From positions 62,001-126,000 of the IMG/VR virus record IMGVR_UViG_3300042549_005931: a DNA stretch of 64,000 nt; one strand, 5' to 3'. A program made the translations under genes and the position numbers. The notes beneath the pieces were generated by a model, which was not told the origin of the DNA, did no database searches, and worked only from the letters and a program-made list of their open reading frames with translations. Below are positions 60,636-64,000 of the stretch, in pieces. Position 1 is the stretch's first letter. Every line of letters begins with the position of its first letter.

Positions 60636-62015
60636 TTAAATTGTTTGATTTTCTCTTTGTTGTCTAGCCCTAAACGCTTCTACCGCTCTGTTTGCTCTGT
60701 CTTGTGTCTTTTGTTCTTCATGACCAAGTAAAGTATTTTGACTATCGGTATCAATAATTAACATTTTATTATCGAATTTACAATTTTGGAATATAATTCC
60801 ATCTTGTCCAATACGTGATTTTAATAAACTTAACGTTGCTAAGTTATGTTCTTTCTGTTCTAATGTCTTAGCTATAGAAATAATAACGTGTGCAATTTGA
60901 GCTTTCTTAATTGAACCACCCATTTGGTCACTTGTTACAACCTCTGATGAGATTGAATCTCTACTACCTTGTGTCGCCGTCCAAATCGCCATGTTAAACT
61001 CAGTTGTCATAGATTCAAGACTTCTCATAACAGAACCCTCGCCTTTCCATTCTTCACCGTTAACACTCTTATCTGTACTAACACAGTCAACATAATCCAA
61101 AATCAACATATCAGGTACAAATCCTTCTGAGATTAGTTTTCTAATTTTTGATTTAATCTTAGATACGGTTGCGTCATCACTTGACATCTTAATCATTTTC
61201 AAAACACCTTTAGAACGAGCCTGAGCTTCAAGTACCTTTTCTTTTACCTCCTCAGCGTATTCAGGTTGGTCATCCGGTTCAACATTTGTCCAAATGGTAA
61301 AGTGTTTTCTTCTTACGTTATCACGATTATCTTCAAAGAAGATTTGTAACACATTGAAGTCATTGTTAAATGCGGTGTTTGCAAACTTGGTTAAGATTGT
61401 TGTCTTACCGGTACCAGTCGGTGCCAAGATAATACCCAATTCACCACGTCCCAATCCACCTTTCAATAAATTATCAATACCCACAATACCTGTTGGGATT
61501 GGTAATCTAAAATCTTTTTCTAATGCCGAATCAATATCATGAAACACATCAACAATATCATTATCATCGGTACCAACTTGTAATGCCTTCTGAATGATTT
61601 GTTCTATTTTATGGTACTCCTCAAAGTTACCATTTTCAATAATGTGGTTAACGTTTTTTAATTCCTTTTTAAGATTTTGTTGCTTACAGAAGTTCAACGC
61701 TCTGTCTTTTACAAAGTGTGTGTCTTTGTCATCGTTTTTGATTTGCTCTAACGTGTCAATGTGAATACGGTTTGAATCCTTATTCCCACTTTCCGACATG
61801 ATTTTTTGAGCAATTGTATCATAATTTGGAATCTTCCCATAAGATGAATACAATTCTTTCACATTTTCGATAATATATCTAAATGAATTGTTATCAAAAA
61901 ACTTTGTTTCCAAAACTTCGATAATGGTATCACCATATTTTCTATCCTCAATAATCGCTTTTAACAACGATTGTTGAAAGGAAAATCCTAGGTGTCCAAA
62001 ATTTCTTTCTTCCAT
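60636..62015 (-). CDS. dnaB: Replicative helicase (DnaB/T4 gp41-like)
   Basis: PTG...ID..L.GG...GEL, APTGTGKT, ILDYVD, WTATQ, LKSR.G. Confidence 0.9.
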   Translation of the reverse strand: MEERNFGHLGFSFQQSLLKAIIEDRKYGDTIIEVLETKFFDNNSFRYIIENVKELYSSYGKIPNYDTIAQKIMSESGNKDSNRIHIDTLEQIKNDDKDTHFVKDRALNFCKQQNLKKELKNVNHIIENGNFEEYHKIEQIIQKALQVGTDDNDIVDVFHDIDSALEKDFRLPIPTGIVGIDNLLKGGLGRGELGIILAPTGTGKTTILTKFANTAFNNDFNVLQIFFEDNRDNVRRKHFTIWTNVEPDDQPEYAEEVKEKVLEAQARSKGVLKMIKMSSDDATVSKIKSKIRKLISEGFVPDMLILDYVDCVSTDKSVNGEEWKGEGSVMRSLESMTTEFNMAIWTATQGSRDSISSEVVTSDQMGGSIKKAQIAHVIISIAKTLEQKEHNLATLSLLKSRIGQDGIIFQNCKFDNKMLIIDTDSQNTLLGHEEQKTQDRANRAVEAFRARQQRENQTI

Positions 62016-62036
62016 AATATTTTTTTAAAAAGTTAA

Positions 62037-62483
62037 TTAAAGTTGGTAATTTAAATAAGTTGTTTCCAATTCTTCAGATGATAATATGTCAGTAAGGTTG
62101 CCCAACATTCTCTTTAGTTTCGGACGAATATCCACGGTATATCTCACCTTTGGGTGAAAATAATGTGCCGGAAATATCCTTTCAATAAATACATCCTCAC
62201 CCAACTTTATTTGTAGTAAAAATTGTTCTTTATCCTTATCAGAATTTTCTTCCACATAATCAGAGGACTGGAAAAAATTTTGATTTTCACACATGTAATC
62301 GGAAGTTTTTATTTTCAAATCATTCGAAATTTCCTCACAAATATTTTTAACATAATCATAAAGGTCCAATGAACGACGTGATTTAGGGGTGTGTTCCATC
62401 ACATTAAAAAAACGTTGACATACAATATTTTTTTCTAATGTTAAGATGAATTCGAATTTAGTAATTGATTGCTCGTTACTCAT
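62037..62483 (-). CDS. Hypothetical protein
   Basis: 148 aa between exonuclease and helicase. Confidence 0.7.
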   Translation of the reverse strand: MSNEQSITKFEFILTLEKNIVCQRFFNVMEHTPKSRRSLDLYDYVKNICEEISNDLKIKTSDYMCENQNFFQSSDYVEENSDKDKEQFLLQIKLGEDVFIERIFPAHYFHPKVRYTVDIRPKLKRMLGNLTDILSSEELETTYLNYQL

Positions 62484-63495
62484 AGTTTTTGATTTTAATA
62501 ATTCTTTTATTTTTTTCTTTTCTTGTTAATCTTAGGAAAGGATTTAAGAATTTTGCAAATGCATCATCTGATTTTGGTAGGATATTATTAATCCCATCTT
62601 CCGTCATTAATTTTATTGCGTTCTTATACGACCTTCCTTCAGAGTCAAGATTCTCCCCTATTAACTGGTTAATATTTTCCTTAGCATCTTCAGTTAGTAA
62701 TGGTTCATCTAAATTAACGATTTTATTGTTAATTTCAAAAAACTCATCACCAAAAACACCATGTTTTGTTACACCGGTTAATAAATTTGTTATTAATTTA
62801 TTATTTTTATCTTGTTCGAAGATAACATTACTTTTTTTAATAATATCATCTAAAGATAATTGTTTTGTTTGTACTTCAGGGAAGAGAGAAATCAATCTTT
62901 TAATACCCATATTTTTAATACCTGAAATATTATCAGATGGGTCACCACATAATATCTTAATGATTTTTACATTTTCAATTAAGACATCTTCATGACTATA
63001 CTTAATAGTATCATTGACACTATAAAGTTTATGATGTGATGGATTATAAATTTTTGTGTTTTCGGAAACTAATTGAGTTAAGTCTCCATCTGAGGAATAG
63101 ACTATTTTCTTTTCCTCTGGTGAGTTCTTAGTGTAGTAAGCAATACAATCGTCAGTTTCACAGAATTCGTACTCTCCTTGACGAACAAATAACTCCTCAA
63201 GGTATTGTTTAACTCTATCTCTTTGATAATTGTATGAGTTTAATTCCTCATCACTACGAAGTCTGCTCTTTCTATTTTCTTTATAGAGATGATAAACTTT
63301 TCTTCGTGATGACGAACCTTCATGTCCATCCCAAAATACTACAATCTTGTCTAAGTGATATTCTTCGAAAGACCTTCTAAGGGTATTGAGGAAATGATAT
63401 ATTCCCCCAATATGATTTCCCCTATAAAAGAAGTTCTTACACCCGTAAAATCCGATTGTTAATAAATTGTCACCGTCGACAAGTAAAACGGACAT
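62476..63495 (-). CDS. 5'-3' exonuclease / flap endonuclease (T4 RNase H, Pol I N-terminal-like)
   Basis: LVDGD, FWDG, YKENR, ETDD, SSDGD..QL, GDPSDNISGI...G. Confidence 0.9.
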   Translation of the reverse strand: MSVLLVDGDNLLTIGFYGCKNFFYRGNHIGGIYHFLNTLRRSFEEYHLDKIVVFWDGHEGSSSRRKVYHLYKENRKSRLRSDEELNSYNYQRDRVKQYLEELFVRQGEYEFCETDDCIAYYTKNSPEEKKIVYSSDGDLTQLVSENTKIYNPSHHKLYSVNDTIKYSHEDVLIENVKIIKILCGDPSDNISGIKNMGIKRLISLFPEVQTKQLSLDDIIKKSNVIFEQDKNNKLITNLLTGVTKHGVFGDEFFEINNKIVNLDEPLLTEDAKENINQLIGENLDSEGRSYKNAIKLMTEDGINNILPKSDDAFAKFLNPFLRLTRKEKNKRIIKIKNYE

Positions 63496-63518
63496 TTGTT
63501 TTAATTTAAAATGTGAAA

Positions 63519-63998
63519 CTATTCTTCGTCTGAATCTGTGGCATCTAAAACATCTTCGAATTTGATGTCTTTTAAGTCAGATACTTTTTCACCAAACAAC
63601 TTGCTAATATAATCTAAATTATCTTTAACATATTGTTCACGGGAAATTTTTTCTTCAGCCGTTTCTTTTGCTCTCAAGAATCCATGTGGTGTTACCATAA
63701 TCTTACCATCAGCAAACGCAATACCATTAACGTGATTTTTCATTACGGAAATTTTACTTCTCGTAGCCACACTAATAGTTCTTTTGTTTTTTGTGATAGG
63801 TATTTTAGTTGTACCCGCATTCTTTTGATTACCAAATAAGAAAACCAATGTTGAGTTCAAATAAATTGCCTCACCACCTTTTGCTTTAATCTTTGGTTGT
63901 CCATAGATATTGTCCGGTAATTCAACCCAAGGTTGATTAACAATAATCAATGTATTTGTGTGTGGTTTCTCAGAACGACGAGAACCTGAAATACGTTG
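63519..63998 (-). CDS. recA: RecA/UvsX-like recombinase, C-terminal part (5' truncated by window)
   Basis: Frame open to the window edge: ...NTLIIVNQ...KGGEAIY...S....KNH, matching the RecA IFINQ/GG.ALKFY/KNK pattern. Confidence 0.7.
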   Translation of the reverse strand, partial: QRISGSRRSEKPHTNTLIIVNQPWVELPDNIYGQPKIKAKGGEAIYLNSTLVFLFGNQKNAGTTKIPITKNKRTISVATRSKISVMKNHVNGIAFADGKIMVTPHGFLRAKETAEEKISREQYVKDNLDYISKLFGEKVSDLKDIKFEDVLDATDSDEE

Positions 63999-64000
63999 AT

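Noticed and set aside
57226-62015. Inteins or introns in nrdA, nrdB or the helicase
   Set aside because: Lengths are typical and motifs are contiguous; no splice-junction or LAGLIDADG signatures seen
1-64000. Stop-codon reassignment as in some large phages
   Set aside because: Conserved genes are full length in the standard code, and TAA, TAG and TGA all end genes at tight junctions

Overview
AT-rich segment of a large tailed (myovirus-like, probably jumbo) bacteriophage genome. Genes are densely packed, almost all on the minus strand, and read with the standard bacterial code. In transcription order (high to low coordinates): replication/nucleotide genes (RecA/UvsX fragment, 5'-3' exonuclease, DnaB-like helicase, nrdB, nrdA); a ~29 kb baseplate/tail block (gp25-like, gp6-like, large structural proteins, two giant Thr/Pro mucin-like proteins, one with cadherin/Calx-beta/SprB-like modules); a recombination block (RuvC, primase, PD-(D/E)XK nuclease, SbcD, SbcC); clpP, a sigma-70 factor, a membrane/lysis-like cassette and acidic putative head-internal proteins; Hc1, an adenine MTase, NusG, an AAA ATPase, thioredoxin and glutaredoxin; then tail-fibre/adhesin genes. 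TAnnTTTG-like promoter boxes, the lack of obvious Shine-Dalgarno motifs, Hc1 and the sigma type suggest a Bacteroidota host (inference). The most notable unexplained signals are: (1) a self-contained ~72-nt structured RNA between ruvC and primase; (2) four consecutive TATATA-centred palindromes in a tail-fibre leader; (3) a candidate -1 frameshift at an A11 run in the membrane cassette; (4) 23-bp direct repeats bracketing a 13.7-kb mucin/cadherin cassette that may have split a structural gene; (5) a TATTTAT late-promoter motif; (6) apparent GATC avoidance. No tRNA, rRNA, CRISPR array or transposase was seen. All family calls come from motif recognition by eye; no searches were run.
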